Counted from the whole stretch's first letter, positions 26,001 through 39,834 are shown. The stretch is DNA of 63,500 nucleotides, filler included, from Rhabdomonas costata (GCA_019059605.1; 55 parts of 55 records of this genome joined end to end with filler, not necessarily neighbours in it); one strand, 5' to 3'. Notes: generated from the sequence alone by a model not told the origin. Translations and numbers: made by a program.

Positions 26001-27233
26001 CTATGGAGGGGTTCCCGACAGACACACACTGGCACAAGAAAAATTCAGTTTCGACTAAGCCGAAAGAACTCACAAAACCCCCTGCTTATAAAATGGGGCA
26101 AGGTACGATGGTTGGAGAGAATGTTACCGCAACCTGCGATAATGGGTTAATTTCTGAACGCGCCATGGGGGTCAGCAATTCTTTTATATAAAAGAATCAG
26201 AATCATAAAGTCCTCTTTGAAACGAATGTCACAAATTTGTCCACCTTTGCAATGTTTGGAGTCGAAAATCCAAGGGGAAAAGGGGAAATGTGCAACCGCC
26301 TATGAAAACCCCAAAAAATAAGCAATGCAAAACTAAGCAAAACTACTAAAACTACTAAAACAACTAAGCAAAATGACAAAAAAAATGCATGTCATGTTTA
26401 GCCTCGGGTCGATTTTGTCGACATCACCTTTCCATTTTACAAGGCGGAGCAGAGCAAAAGCGAAACTTCACAGGCGTCACCCTCAGCACAGCCCTTTGAC
26501 AAACCNNNNNNNNNNNNNNNNNNNNNNNNNNNNNNNNNNNNNNNNNNNNTTAATTAATTAANNNNNNNNNNNNNNNNNNNNNNNNNNNNNNNNNNNNNNN
26601 NNNNNTGGGTTGGTGTGGCGCACAAGTTCTCTGAGAGCTATAGGGTACTCGACCCCCCCCCCTTTCCGAACCCATCTTTGGCGGCGCTGTGACTCACCAC
26701 AATACCATGATTCCCTGTTGCCCTTGGTTCCTCGCTTGCGGGCAGTTGGTTGCTTTGGATGGGACTGTACCGGGTGTTCTAAATAAATTGTACGCAGCGA
26801 CAAAGTTCATGCTGAGTTGGTTGTTCGGACATCCCGATTCAGTGCTCTGGGGAATTCACACGGCGTTATCATTTGAAATACCCGATAATATGGCTGGTGT
26901 ATGTGTGCGCGCTTATGGACTCATGGTTCACTGGCTGCTGTTTTACTGGATACAGGTGGTCGCTATCCCCTAAAGGGCCCATGCGCTGTTGGCCTCCGTT
27001 GCTCGGGAGAGATGCATCTATCGGAGACGCATGTGAGTGTTTGATAATCATCCACTGTCATCATGAGGAAGAGCCAAAAATCCAACCCTTGAATCCCCAT
27101 TGCCCCAGAAATTCCCACGAGATCCACACCTGAAAACTGGCGAGAAAACCTCTGAGAGTGAAAAGAACAAGGCTGGAAACGTCAGTAAACAGACACAAAG
27201 AGAGACTGGATGTGGGGCAGGGTGAGTATATAC

Positions 27234-27415
27234 CCAATGGCCCAGCCCACCCTCCAACCCGTCAGAGCGAAAAGCTTGGAGGCGCTGCCCACGGTCACTG
27301 TGCGGGGCCACAGCTCGGGGTGTGCTCCCGGCCGCAGCATGGCCGCCCCCTCGAACACCACACTCTCGTAGACGTCGTCGGAGAGCACAACAAGGGAGGG
27401 GTGGTCGGCACACAC
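27234..27415 (-). CDS. PLP-dependent class I/II aminotransferase exon (kynurenine/aspartate aminotransferase-like)
   Basis: VVLSDDVYE and RTVTVGSASKLFALTGWRVGWAIG, which contains the PLP-lysine motif. AG/GT-bounded. Confidence 0.92.
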
Positions 27416-27777
27416 CTGATATTTAGTGGTTCTTTTCCAACGGTATCACCAACTCCCGAGGAACACCCACCCAATCACCAAGCGCACATCATCTTGCAAA
27501 GTGCTGTGCCAATGAGGGAATGACTGACTTCACATACACCAGCCTCCAGAGACACACCACCCTCGGAAGCTACACCGTGACATTTGCGTTCCCACCAATG
27601 TCGAAAACCTATAGTCTTACAGTAATGGTACGCTGCTTCCAACGAATTAGTACCCCCCCCACNNNNNNNNNNNNNNNNNNNNNNNNNNNNNNNNNNNNNN
27701 NNNNNNTTAATTAATTAANNNNNNNNNNNNNNNNNNNNNNNNNNNNNNNNNNNNNNNNNNNNGGGTTTTGTGTACAG

Positions 27778-28028
27778 GAGCTTCCAGCGCTCAGGCCGTG
27801 CAGGCCTCTGTTGTTGCCCGGCTGCTGCAGCTGCGTCCAGAGTGCCCCAGCCCCGCCCCCGCCGCGCTGACCGCGGCGCTACCCGCAGCCGAGTTTCGGG
27901 ACTCCTCAGCGCAGTGGAAGGAGTGCAGCGTGGAGGAGCAGGCGCTGCTGCAGGGACTGTGCGCGGATATCTGGGCAGAGCTCCTGCAGGACACTGCGCT
28001 GTGGCTGCGCGGCCTCTCACTGTGCTGA
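27778..28028 (+). CDS. Terminal exon, possibly a DUF4378/CEP350-type C-terminal helix
   Basis: GC-rich frame ending QWKECSVEEQALLQGLCADIWAELLQDTALWLRGLSLC*. The family call rests on pattern resemblance only. Confidence 0.35.
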
Positions 28029-28919
28029 GGCCATCCCTTTCTCTTCCTGTCTCCGACTCCTCATCTTTGCGCGGTGCTCAGTTTTTGTTTGTGCTTCGCC
28101 GTCTCACCTCAATCTTTGCCTAACTTTCGGGTGTGTAGTCGGCTTGGAAAAAGTCCTCAGGGACCTTGGGGTTAGCGAAAGGCTTTCCATCTGTTCGGAG
28201 TTGCGCACGCATTTGGATTGACAGAGGATTGGGGTGTTGCGGAAACAAATATTCCGGCTGTGTGTAAGAGCTGTTTTCCTTGCCGCGGGAGGGCCCTCGT
28301 TTTCCCCTGTGATAGGTGTGCCTCTTTTTGACTGATCATTCACCGCAGTCAAACTCTCATGCTTTTCTTTTCTTTTCGTTTTGTGTCCTTGTTGTCAATT
28401 TGCATTCGCGCGCATCTGCCTCTCCCACACCTGTACTTAGCTACGTTGCCATTGTCACTATGTGTCCTTTGGCCGTGTTCTTCCCGACCAGTGTCTAGTA
28501 TTCCCTGGAAATCTTTAATACGCGCTGCCCGATTAAGTACTTAATATAGATATCCTATTGCCCAGTTGGCACAGCTGCTTTGCACATACTTGATTACTCG
28601 GGGGCGAGAATCAAGCGGTTCCATCGCGTTTTCATTGCCCCTTGCACAGCCGTCGAATCCTCGACTTTGTCAAAAACTTTCCCTGCTCGTTCGTTGCCAA
28701 AAGCCCTTGGATTAAATGAGTTAGGGCCGCTTCATATTCACCTACCAAATCAGGTTGTAGAGGGAAAGCACCTTAGTCCCAGCCTACAAAGTCAACACGG
28801 ACCACTTCTTGGATCCCTANNNNNNNNNNNNNNNNNNNNNNNNNNNNNNNNNNNNNNNNNNNNTTAATTAATTAANNNNNNNNNNNNNNNNNNNNNNNNN
28901 NNNNNNNNNNNNNNNNNNN

Positions 28920-29086
28920 TGTGTGTGGGTGTGTGCGTGTTGGGTGCATAGCGCGCTGACTGTTGCCTGACTGGCTGTTGTTGACTACTCTGGACTGACG
29001 GGCGCACGCGCTGTTGCCCGCGGGTGCTCGCGGAAGGTATACCTTTGGAGCAAACGGTGCCGTGGGTTTCTGGCTCTCCGCCGAAC
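28920..29086 (-). mobile_element. Dispersed repeat family A copy
   Basis: The reverse complement reads GTTCGG...GCCAG...GCACC...CGCGAGCACCCGCGGGCAACAGCGCGTGCGCCCGTCAG...GGCAACAGTCAGCGCGCTATGCACCCAACAC followed by a CA tail. Confidence 0.8.
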
Positions 29087-30076
29087 GTTACAATGCGGTT
29101 ACAGTGCGGCACACTCCCTTCTGTCCCACGGCTCTTCCTGCGCGTGAGTGTGGCGAGGGAAAGGGGCCAGCCACAAAGGACGCTTTGCACCACTGCTGTC
29201 CTGTGCAAATTTCGTATTTCGGTGATGAACCCACTCTTGTTGCTCCTCGCCTCGTGCGTGCGCGGGTGAGTTGGAAGAGCATCTACCACAGAAAAAGTGT
29301 GGTGCTTGCCAGTAACTGCGGGTGATGTCAGGACTCGGGAGTATCGTGGAAATGAGACGTCCGCCCATCTCTTCTCCAAGGAAATGAAAAACACAGCTTG
29401 TCCTCAATGTATACCCCGCGGGCGACAATGAGCGTTCCACGACTGGAGCTGGGGCAGCGAGGTGGTGGCTTCCAGGAGTGGGCTGGGGCATGGCCACTGG
29501 CTTGTATCCAGCAAAGGGAGGTACCCTAAAATCCATCACAGCAGAAACATTACTGCCGGGAAAGGCATAAACCAAACAAAACAACCTGGCCCCCCAAAAA
29601 TCAAGCAGGTTATGATATCTGTGGACAACACTGCCCCGTTCCCGTGACGGCATATCAAGGAGTGTACGCTTAGGCTCTAAAAAGCTCGGAAAGGCCCTTG
29701 TACGGCTTGAACTGCCTGTCGTCAGCAGGGTCGAAGTCGAAGACCGTTTGATGATCTCTTTGATGATCAAGTTTCATTTGTCGCTGATCTTCTTCCTTTT
29801 TGCATGATGACCTCCGGAGGAATAAGGCGCTAGCACGTCAAAACGACGTCCGTTAGAAAGGCTACGGGACAAAATCCGTATTTTGTACCGCAAGGGTAAA
29901 CTCATGAGTTAGCTAGATGAATGACAATTTCGACAGATAATGGGGTTTTCGGATGTACCATGTCGTCCACAACCCCNNNNNNNNNNNNNNNNNNNNNNNN
30001 NNNNNNNNNNNNNNNNNNNNTTAATTAATTAANNNNNNNNNNNNNNNNNNNNNNNNNNNNNNNNNNNNNNNNNNNN

Positions 30077-30202
30077 CGGCACCTCTCGCGAGCACCCGTG
30101 GCCAACAGCGCGTGCGCCAGTCAGTCCCCAGTGGTCACCACCAACCAGTCAACCAGTCAACCAGGCAACAGCCAGCGCGCAATGCGCCCAACACACACAC
30201 AC
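30077..30202 (+). mobile_element. Dispersed repeat family A copy
   Basis: CGCGAGCACCCGTGGCCAACAGCGCGTGCGCCAG...GCGCGCAATGCGCCCAACACACACACACA. Confidence 0.8.
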
Positions 30203-33200
30203 AGACAAACACGGTTACAGCACGCACAGTGTCCGGTTACAAAACACAGGACACACTACTTCCCTTCCGTGGTCACGTCCCGTGGACGCGGGCCGCCGGC
30301 TCCGGAGAGAAGCTGATGGAACAGTGCATGAGCGGGGAGGGGGTTTTGCCGTGGCGTACCAGGGGTGAGGAGCCCGGAGCAGGACAATGCGCTCTTCTCC
30401 TGAATGGCGTGAAAGAGCAAGGAGTGCTCCTCGTCAGCCTTACGTGCGCCCAGGCGAGTACAGATTGATGTGTCAGGGAACGAGGACCCCCACACGCTGC
30501 CAGTACCTGCAACTACTTCAAAAGGCTCAACTCCTGGCTGAGCTACACCATTACGCCACTGCTGGTAGCACTGCCCCGGATGTCACAGCAACTCCTACGC
30601 GTGCTGTGGGGAGGGTCCCTCGCGCGCTCGCTTCCGCAGCATCTTCCCGTGCGTCTTCATCCATCCCGCCGAAGCGAAAAAGCAGAAAGGAGGTGAGGTG
30701 GAGAAAGGCGGGGGGGTCCATTTTGGAGCATTGTAATCAAATCAGATGGAATGTGATGTGTTGTATGCGACGCCCACAACCGTGTGTTCTTCTCCCTCTC
30801 GCTCTTCTGCTGTCACTAGCAGCGCTCTTTTTGCGATGAGTCATCAGCTCGAGCCTGTGGCGGTACTCACAACACAGCCGCCCATTGCTGGGCGTGACCC
30901 GTGCCAGCAGCCCCACTCCTGGAGCCATGCCGCCGTGCGACAGCGGAAGACCTCGGGGGGAGTCGCCGTCGACCTGAGACCCCGGCTGCAGGATGAGGCG
31001 AATGCTCGGCCGCCAACATAACCCCCAGCATACAGGCGGGAATTGACCCGGGCTGGCCAGTGCCCATCGGAGGGGGGCCTCCCAAATAAATACCTCCGAC
31101 AGCGCGCCCCGTCCTCCTGGCGCCCTTCATTGAGATTNNNNNNNNNNNNNNNNNNNNNNNNNNNNNNNNNNNNNNNNNNNNTTAATTAATTAANNNNNNN
31201 NNNNNNNNNNNNNNNNNNNNNNNNNNNNNNNNNNNNNGTGGTGGGTGCGTTTGGGGGTGTTGTGGAGAGTGGGGTGTTTTTCATGGCGATGACACACGCA
31301 GGCAAAAATCCCCCAGGATTTTACTTCAGTTATTGGTCACCGCTGCGAATTGAAGAAGCCGCAAAACTAGCAAAAAGTTTGCAATAATCAGCGCGAAAAT
31401 TTACAGCACAATGCACAGCAAGTCAATGGCGCGACTACATGGAAAGAAATCCACTCCAAAGGAGGGCTCAGCACTGCTGCATCAATAGCTCTGCGAAGAA
31501 AAAGAAAAAAAAAGGGGGGGGGAGGAGCAGCAAAGACCAAAGACAAAAAGACCAGACCATAATATAGGCATACCACCAACCCGAGGGTTTTCCCGCCCCC
31601 CTCCTTGTCTTCGCGCTTGCCCACAGGCTTTTGCCTCGAGACAGGTAAAGAAGGTGACGCAGGGGAAGAAGAGTTCAGTTGAGAGGAAGCTTCGGTAGTT
31701 GGAGGTGATGAGGCAGCGGAGGGAGACAGTGGGGATGCCGGAGAAGCCTCGCAGGAAGGGGACGTCCATTCAGCAGCCTTATGCTCCAACTAAAAACAGT
31801 GACGCAAACCAACCCGAACAAGGGGGTCCCTAAGTCCCTGAGTCAAAGAAGAAAACACCAAAGATCTACCGCAAGTACCGGTAGAGGGGGTACAGCACCT
31901 TATCAGAGTCCAATTTTGCAGACTCCTTTTCTTTCTTTCTCCTCTTGAAAACCACTGAAGACGGAATCGCTGAAGGCAAACAAAAATGACAACAATCGCA
32001 ATAAAAATGCTGTGGCTGGACATAACGGTCCGACAAAACGGTCGCCGATCGCTCCCTCGGGCCCTGTCCCAGAGCCTACTGTGGTTACAGCGAAGAAGCG
32101 TGCGGCGGCGCTCTCTGGTGGGCTGGATCTCCTCCCTGGCCCAAGTGTTGACCCGAGCTAATGCATGTGCAGCGCGACCGGGCACCCCACAAACGGCAGC
32201 AAATTCGAAAACGAACCCAAAAGAGGTGTTCCCAACCAGTTTCAAGCGAGCTGAAAACGAGGGAACACAACGATCATAAGAGGCAAAAACCACANNNNNN
32301 NNNNNNNNNNNNNNNNNNNNNNNNNNNNNNNNNNNNNNTTAATTAATTAANNNNNNNNNNNNNNNNNNNNNNNNNNNNNNNNNNNNNNNNNNNNTGTGGT
32401 GTGTTTGGGGGGTGGTGGTCTGTCCAGGTCCTCTGGGTTACGATCAGTGTCCAGTCGCGGGCTCACTCGACCGCGGGGAGGCGAAGGAGTGGTGACGGTA
32501 GCTGATTAACGATATCAATTATAACCATTCCCAGTAGTAACATAAAACATTATTTTAAACTTAAGCGGGTTCGCTACCTGATGCCATCACCTTCAATGTG
32601 ATTGCATTTCATTGCGAGGGGTGAACTGTGCCAGTTTGCCAGTTCCCAAGATAAGCTCTTTTTGTTTAGACAAAAGTAACGCCGGGATTTGGGCGGACGA
32701 GTGGGGCAGCACTTTGGAGCCAAGGCAGGCTGCTGCGGATCTGAAACCCGGACGGTCACTAACCGCTGTGGCGTCGTGGCAAAATTGGCGGCACCTCATC
32801 GGTGCAAAAGGGGGTAGTCGCTCTGCCGAAGAAACGGGACCAATGCGGGGCGAAGTGAACTGCTCCCGCTCACAAAAGCATCCAAAAAGGGCGTATCGGT
32901 CGTCCGATGTCCGATTAGGCCGATGGGACCACTGGGGCTGTGCAACAGCCGTGTGACAATAACCACAGCCTACTGCTCTGAAGAGGAAGGCAAACCGAGG
33001 GGGAAAGGAAGGGATGTCTGCCTGGGACGTAGACATAAGGAGGTTTTGGTGTGCGAGACCCACTGCTGACAAAGCCTCTGCACGAAACGCCCCTTTAATG
33101 ATGTAAATGGGGCTTTGGAGAAGAGACTGCAATCCATCTTTGTTCATATTCCCTAATTCCGGTGTCAACCAGGGCGAACCCTATTTCTGTGCGACATAAA

Positions 33201-33550
33201 GTCAAAAGAGTTAAACGCTGATAAACCGGAAACATTTTCGACATTGTTCGTAAGTCTACCTTCTCAACAGTCAGTAATGGACAAACATGTACACACCAAT
33301 AAACACATCTGCTTGCAGTGCTCACAGAAAACTGGAACCCGCGTCGTGGCACAACACCCCTTCGCTGGGCATCCCGATCCATTACAAAGTAAGATGAGTG
33401 TTTGGGCTTGGGATTTGGTTTCGGGTTGGGGATTAGTGCCCCCCCCAACCNNNNNNNNNNNNNNNNNNNNNNNNNNNNNNNNNNNNNNNNNNNNTTAATT
33501 AATTAANNNNNNNNNNNNNNNNNNNNNNNNNNNNNNNNNNNNNNNNNNNN

Positions 33551-34606
33551 TTTGTTGGGTATGATATGACCGCGGGGCCGTATGCGTGTAGAAATTGCAT
33601 ATACTCCTCCACCCATCGTGTACGTTTTAGAAGTCGGAGTTTTTGTTGGCCAAGAGCACCAGGTTCCACACAGCGTTCAGGAGCGGTAGCTGTACTGCGT
33701 CGCGGAGACTGGTTCAGTCCACGCCCCCGGTAGCGACCTACAGGCAGGTACAGCACACCGCGGCTTCGCTTCTCGAGGTAGTACTCCGCCGCCTTGCATA
33801 ACAGCGCCCACAACTCTTTGATCCCGTCCGGAGCTTGTTAAATCCTCCTCCAGGTTGAAGAGTGTGGATCCCAGCAGGAGGTAGCGAGGGCATTCTCATC
33901 AGGCGTAGCTTATGGTGGGTGGGCACCACGTAATCCTGCACCAGCGTCAGGTTGACCACGGAGTTCGCCAGCACGTAGTAGATGCTGGTGCCGGTATCCA
34001 ATGGCCCAGTCCTAGTGTAGCACGTAGTTGGCTGGGTGACACAAGCAGCCGCATCCACAGAAGCTGCGACTTCATGCCACTTCCACGTGAAGAAAGCAGC
34101 CGCCATGATGGTCAAGTGGTTCGACTGGATGCTGGTCTCCTGACACCACCACGGTGACCTCGACTAGCGAGAGGCCACGGCCAAGAAGTCCCGCAGCATG
34201 TAGTTATTGCGCCGTTTGACCTCCGGCGTGTAGTAGGTGGCGTAGACTTACACGCTCATGAGGTGGAGCAGAGTGCGCCAAGAACAGTGTGGGACAGTGG
34301 AATGGCACCACCGACCCGTATACCATAGCTGCGCTCCACGTCGGGAGTAACAAGGCATAGTGACCTTGTCGTGCAAGACGTGCTACTCCTCCAGCAGTAA
34401 CGCACCAAGCATATGTGTTGCGCGAGCCCTCCAGCAGCGGCTGCGCCTTCACTCATATAGCTTGCCACCAGAGTTCCCGAAGGCGGTCTGCAATGTAGCT
34501 CTGCCCCACATCACGGCTATGTCTCCTGGAGCAGCAGCACTGACCACGGTAAGTCCACAACCGCCTTGAACTGCGAGTTCAGCGAGGTGACGTTGACCAA
34601 CCACCC
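33551..34606 (-). pseudogene. Degenerate coding-like sequence, possibly a decayed retroelement ORF
   Basis: The whole contig has coding-like GC content with no introns, but the frames are broken by stops and frameshifts. No diagnostic motif is recognised. Confidence 0.25.
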
Positions 34607-35300
34607 NNNNNNNNNNNNNNNNNNNNNNNNNNNNNNNNNNNNNNNNNNNNTTAATTAATTAANNNNNNNNNNNNNNNNNNNNNNNNNNNNNNNNNNNNNN
34701 NNNNNNCCGTCACGTATTTTTTTTTAGGCTCGTGTCATTCCGTCCGAACACGGCCGAATGGGGGGAGGGGTCCATTGGTTCCCGGATGCTGGTTTCACGC
34801 CGCCAGCAACCAACGTTGCTGCTCATCCCAAAAGAGTGCCTGGTGTGTGTGTTGATGCTCGGTCGATACTTGTGAAACAGTTACCGATGCTCAATGGTCT
34901 ATGGGTGGTCATCATCCAACTATTTTCAACACTTACGGTGAAAAACCGTTAACCGGTTAAAGCTTGAATTCATTTGGAAACCTTTCTGGCACATACACAT
35001 ACACAACAGCGAAGGCTACAACATGATATCACTGACTCAGAACAATGACAACTGTCCCCAAATGGGCACCCAAAGGGTGGGTGAGCTGAAAAAGGGCTCA
35101 GTGTCATATTTTTGAAGGCATAAAGGGTGCTTGATCGCATCGCTAGGTGAACGACAAGTACTCAAAGAGAACTCGAAGAGATGTTGCTCAGTAGGAGGGG
35201 GCAACGGGTGGTCATGATTACCACTGGTAAGCATGGAAGAGATGGCTTAGACTCATTTATTGCACCCTCCCGAAGTACTCTCCTAATAAAGAGCAGCTGG

Positions 35301-35639
35301 TCATGGAGGCAGCAGCCACGACCGAATCATCTTATCCCCGCCCCCACTCACCGCGAGATCTCCGCTCACCGCACAGCAGAACACCGATCCGTCATGACCC
35401 TTCAGAGTGGCCACCACAGATGGCTCGTCTCTTGCGGCACCGCTTCCGCTGCTGCTCCCCCGACCACCGCGAAGCTCCCACAGCCGAAGCGTGCCATCCC
35501 CGCTGGCGGTGAGCACTCCCGTGGGAGGTCGAAGCACGGCCTGCCACACGGCGTCACTGTGACCATGAAGGGCAGCCCCAGGCTGTCCCGAGCGAAGGTC
35601 CCAAAGAAGGGCGGTGCCATCGCGGGACGCTGAAAGTAT
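35301..35639 (-). CDS. WD40-repeat protein, terminal exon
   Basis: ILSASRDGTALLWDL...LHGHSDAVW...LTASGDGTLRLWEL...LKGHDGSVFCCAVSGDLAVSGGGDKMIRSW, ending in a stop. Confidence 0.93.
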   Translation of the reverse strand: MLSASRDGTALLWDLRSGQPGAALHGHSDAVWQAVLRPPTGVLTASGDGTLRLWELRGGRGSSSGSGAARDEPSVVATLKGHDGSVFCCAVSGDLAVSGGGDKMIRSWLLPP

Positions 35640-35862
35640 CTGCGGCCAAAAAAATGGGAAGAAAGGTAAAGGGCGAAGGTCACGCATAGCAGGTACCCTC
35701 TTCCGATTGGCGCACGCACAACTATTCTGCAGTGGTGTCCTGAGCAAGTGCTCAAAACCCCCNNNNNNNNNNNNNNNNNNNNNNNNNNNNNNNNNNNNNN
35801 NNNNNNTTAATTAATTAANNNNNNNNNNNNNNNNNNNNNNNNNNNNNNNNNNNNNNNNNNNN

Positions 35863-36115
35863 GTTTTGTTGTCTCACCTCACCTCTTTTCTGGTTGATCG
35901 CGTAACTATTTGTAAGGGTGAAAAAGAATATAAAAATAACTTCTTCGTCGGTCAAATCTTCGTTGCAGGGACTGGGCTGGGCCGGGTTCGAGCGAAGTGC
36001 ATAAAAACACGGCTCAGAACTGCACGAGTAATTGGCTAAACAATTTGAGCAATACATTACCCCTTACAAATAGTTGCGCGACCAACCAGAAAAGAGGTAA
36101 GGTGAGACAAAAAAC
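35863..36115. mobile_element. MITE-like element with long imperfect terminal inverted repeats
   Basis: 35863-35918 matches the reverse complement of 36061-36115 with three internal transition mismatches. The interior is about 140 nt and non-coding. Confidence 0.55.
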
Positions 36116-38949
36116 AGCAAGGTACAAAAACCGTTATGTTGGAGCTATGGTTAGCGGGACTGAAGGGGCCTGGGGACTTAGCTGCTGACGTTATGGCGGC
36201 GGCTTCCACAGGGGGAGAAAAGGGAGAAGACGTTTGATGTATAACGATGAAAGTTGACTTACACCACGTCAAAAATCTTAGAAGATAAATAATCACACAG
36301 GAAAAATAGAAATGTGATACTTTTTGTGAAATGTGATATGTATGTCACTAATGCCTAAGTCACATACGTTCAGGGGCTCACACCGTCTCACTGCAAGCTG
36401 GGTACTCCCCCATGAAAATGTTGAAATCAACATGCGCCCAACCCCCTAAACTTTCTCTCTGCTAAGTGCTCTCATCTTAAACCGCGATTCCGCGCGGCTG
36501 TGGCGGAGGGACCTGCGAATGCGGGTGGAGCATACAATGATGCTGGTGATGATGTCGGAATGCGAGCCACCTGAATGAAATGAGCGCGGGGGCGGCGTGT
36601 GAGGGGGATGGCCGGATGTGGCTCAGCGGGAGAGAAAAGAGAGATCAATCACAAAAGTGAAGGCATGAGAAAGTGGAGTTCAGGGATGGTCTAGGCGAAA
36701 TGTCAGCCAACTCGTCGAGAAAAACAAAAAAAATTAGGAATGAACAAATGGACAATATGACTCTTTTGGAATACCGGCGGCGGAACCGAAAAAATGCTTA
36801 GAGGCCAGAACGAGAGCCAAGCGATGCACGACGCGATGAAGAAGGATTTGGATGGAATGCAAAAAATGCAATAGTAGCGATTTTCTTCAAAAAACACCAC
36901 ACCAACCACACCCAACACNNNNNNNNNNNNNNNNNNNNNNNNNNNNNNNNNNNNNNNNNNNNTTAATTAATTAANNNNNNNNNNNNNNNNNNNNNNNNNN
37001 NNNNNNNNNNNNNNNNNNGGTCCCACCTAGCAGCACTCTCCAGCCTGGCCCGAGTGAATGGCATGGCCTCATGGGAGACCCTGGTGAGCGTTGCGGGTTT
37101 CGTCCCGGACGATGGCCTGGCAAAAACGAAGAGAAGCCGTCGTGTGCGGCGCTCATCCGCTATTTCGAAGTAGAAAATGATCGCCAGCGGCGAGGGGTTC
37201 ATTGAGCATTGTCTGGAACTGCTACAAACCCGTCGGAGCCGTAGGGCCAAATCAAGCCAGCTGCGACCACTACCAGCGCGAGCACGATGAGGACAACCAA
37301 ATATCTGCTCCTGAGAAAGAAGGCACACAAAAAGCAAACATGCCGCACAACCACCGCAGCCACACAGTGCCCAAAACACCTCAGTGCTTCGATATTACCC
37401 AGGATAGTTCCCCACGCGTTCACTGAACCGGAGAAATGGCATTTTCAGGGGTATTTTCAACACCACTTCATCCAGGTACACATGCCAATTGCGACGCGAG
37501 GGGAGTGTTTCCCACATTCAACTGCTGAACCCCGACATCGCCAATGCTACTCAATTCCACGTCGAAAGCAGTGCGTGCATGCGTGTGTATGCTTAAGTCG
37601 CGAAGGGCGGGTTGACACCATGAGGATTTCGCACTGGCTTTCGCGCTGGGCACGGAATGCTGCAGTTGCGGAGCACGTCCAAAAGCATCTGTGTTGAACC
37701 CTTGCAGAACGTGGGGAGAACGAAGCAAAAATGGGAACTGCACGCTTTGTATTTGGTAATGGTATTTGGTAATCACTGAGGAGTTCTGGCCACTTTTCTT
37801 CTCCGAACGAAACGGTGGGGGAGAATGACTAGGAAAAGCTGGGGGAGAATGACTAGGACTAGGAAAAGCCCATCCACTCCCAAATCGATCCATACGGAGA
37901 GGCCAAAAATACTTTACTGTGGAGGTGAAACAAGATAAAGTTCATTCGGGGCTAAAGAAAAACCCGTCGACGGCGACAGCACGGAGTCAATGTACACGCT
38001 TCAGGGCTCACCGCCGAAGATTGCACACATGGTAACCTCACTTCTGCCCCACGGGTCCCGGGTCTTTGTCTCGCNNNNNNNNNNNNNNNNNNNNNNNNNN
38101 NNNNNNNNNNNNNNNNNNTTAATTAATTAANNNNNNNNNNNNNNNNNNNNNNNNNNNNNNNNNNNNNNNNNNNNTTTGTGTTGTTTACTTTCACACCAGA
38201 ATGGTGACTGCTCTTCTGGGCAGGGGTTAATGGCGTTTCAACTGGGCGACGGCTCTCCTTCTTTTTCAGTTATTGTGCGATTTCTTACTTCCTCGATTCG
38301 TGATTTGTGACGCGTTCACGAGAACGCTGCCCTGTCCCCTCTCCCCGCCAACCACCGAGCGTTGTGTTGTGATCTCTGGTCCAAGTCGCTCACTCTGCGT
38401 GTGTGTGTGTGTGTGTGTGTGTTTGAGTGAGCAGTGGTGCGGTGTACGAATGTCTCAGAGCTCCTCGCCTTTCTTGAACCCTCTGGCCCGGCCCACACTG
38501 GGCGGACGAGAGAACACCATGTCCTCCGAGGTGAGCTTCCTTTTCCCCACGCTTTTGATTTCTCTCTTCGAAGATGGCACACATCACACGAAATTCAACC
38601 ACGAACAAACAGACACAACTGTCCCTAAGTCAAAGAAGAAACTTTAGCTCGTTATGGTTACATATCACCCTTTCCCTAATTTGCCCTTGTCATCGCTGGC
38701 CACTGAAACCTTCGCTGCTGTCGTTGTCGTCCCTCAGTCTTTCAAGAATATGCTGTCTTCATGGGTTAGCCGTTGGTTAGTCGTGTCATGAGGAAGGGAA
38801 GTGGCATCGAACGCCACTGAGAGCTGGTTGATTTTGCCATGTTAGGTTTTTTGTTGAGCAGATCAGTTCGCTTGCGTCTTTAATTGCTGGTTTTCAAAAA
38901 AAAAAATCAACCGCACTTGTGTCTTGTGCTAACTCCGATTGGAAATGGA

Positions 38950-39230
38950 GGTTTCTCTCGCGCGTGTTTGTACATAAGCCTGGGACACGTGGGGCAGGCG
39001 GAGGGTCTTGACCTCATGTCTGGTGCCGGCACCCCCACGTCTGACAACAGAGCTATAGGACCCTCTGTACGAGCACCCAGGCTGCGCGTGTCCTCGGTAG
39101 GTTAGGGGCAGCTTTTCTTTCCCTCATCGCTCTCCTTCGTGCTTGCGTGTGTTTTCCCTTCCGTCTTTCATAGCACAAACATGAACAAACGCCAACAAAC
39201 AGATACAACTGTCCCTAAGTCAAAAAAAAC
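38950..39230 (+). mobile_element. Dispersed repeat family B (SINE-like, A-rich tail)
   Basis: Aligns with 60706-60948 through CATAAGCCTGGGAC, GGGGCAGGCGGAG, CCCACGTCTG, TTAGGGGCAGCTTT, TCATCGCTCTCCTTC and GTCCCTAAGTCAAA. A second 3' end occurs at 38604-38634. Confidence 0.8.
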
Positions 39231-39834
39231 ANNNNNNNNNNNNNNNNNNNNNNNNNNNNNNNNNNNNNNNNNNNNTTAATTAATTAANNNNNNNNNNNNN
39301 NNNNNNNNNNNNNNNNNNNNNNNNNNNNNNNGGTGTTTTTGCATTCTGAAATATCTAAAACTCTACGGCTTTTCCACCGAAATGAGCGCAGCGGGAACGA
39401 ACAAAAAAAAGATTCCGAAGGACAGGAGGACAAAAGGGATAAGGAGACAATCCTCCAGAACAGTTGACCCACCGGACGCTTCACTACACTATTGTCATAG
39501 GCAGGAATCAGTCCAAAGGGATGGCATTCAAGCAATCTCTGGGTATTCAGAGAACGTACAGGAACTCAAGTGGCACTCTGCTCGAAGCGGACAGGATTTC
39601 GAGACAGCCATCGATGCAATGATCAGAGCCCGATCCACGATCGAGAGATGCAAATCCTTCTTCATCAGGTCCGGTGATGTTTTGCTGCAATTCCTTTTTC
39701 TGCTGCTGGGCCGTTGCTCCGAACATGGCTGATTCCTTTTCCCTTGTCCTTTTCTGCTTTTGCGCGCATTTGGTCTGTGGACCGATTCATGGTGCGCCAT
39801 GACTGACCCTCTCGACTCAAGAGCCTCGGCGACC

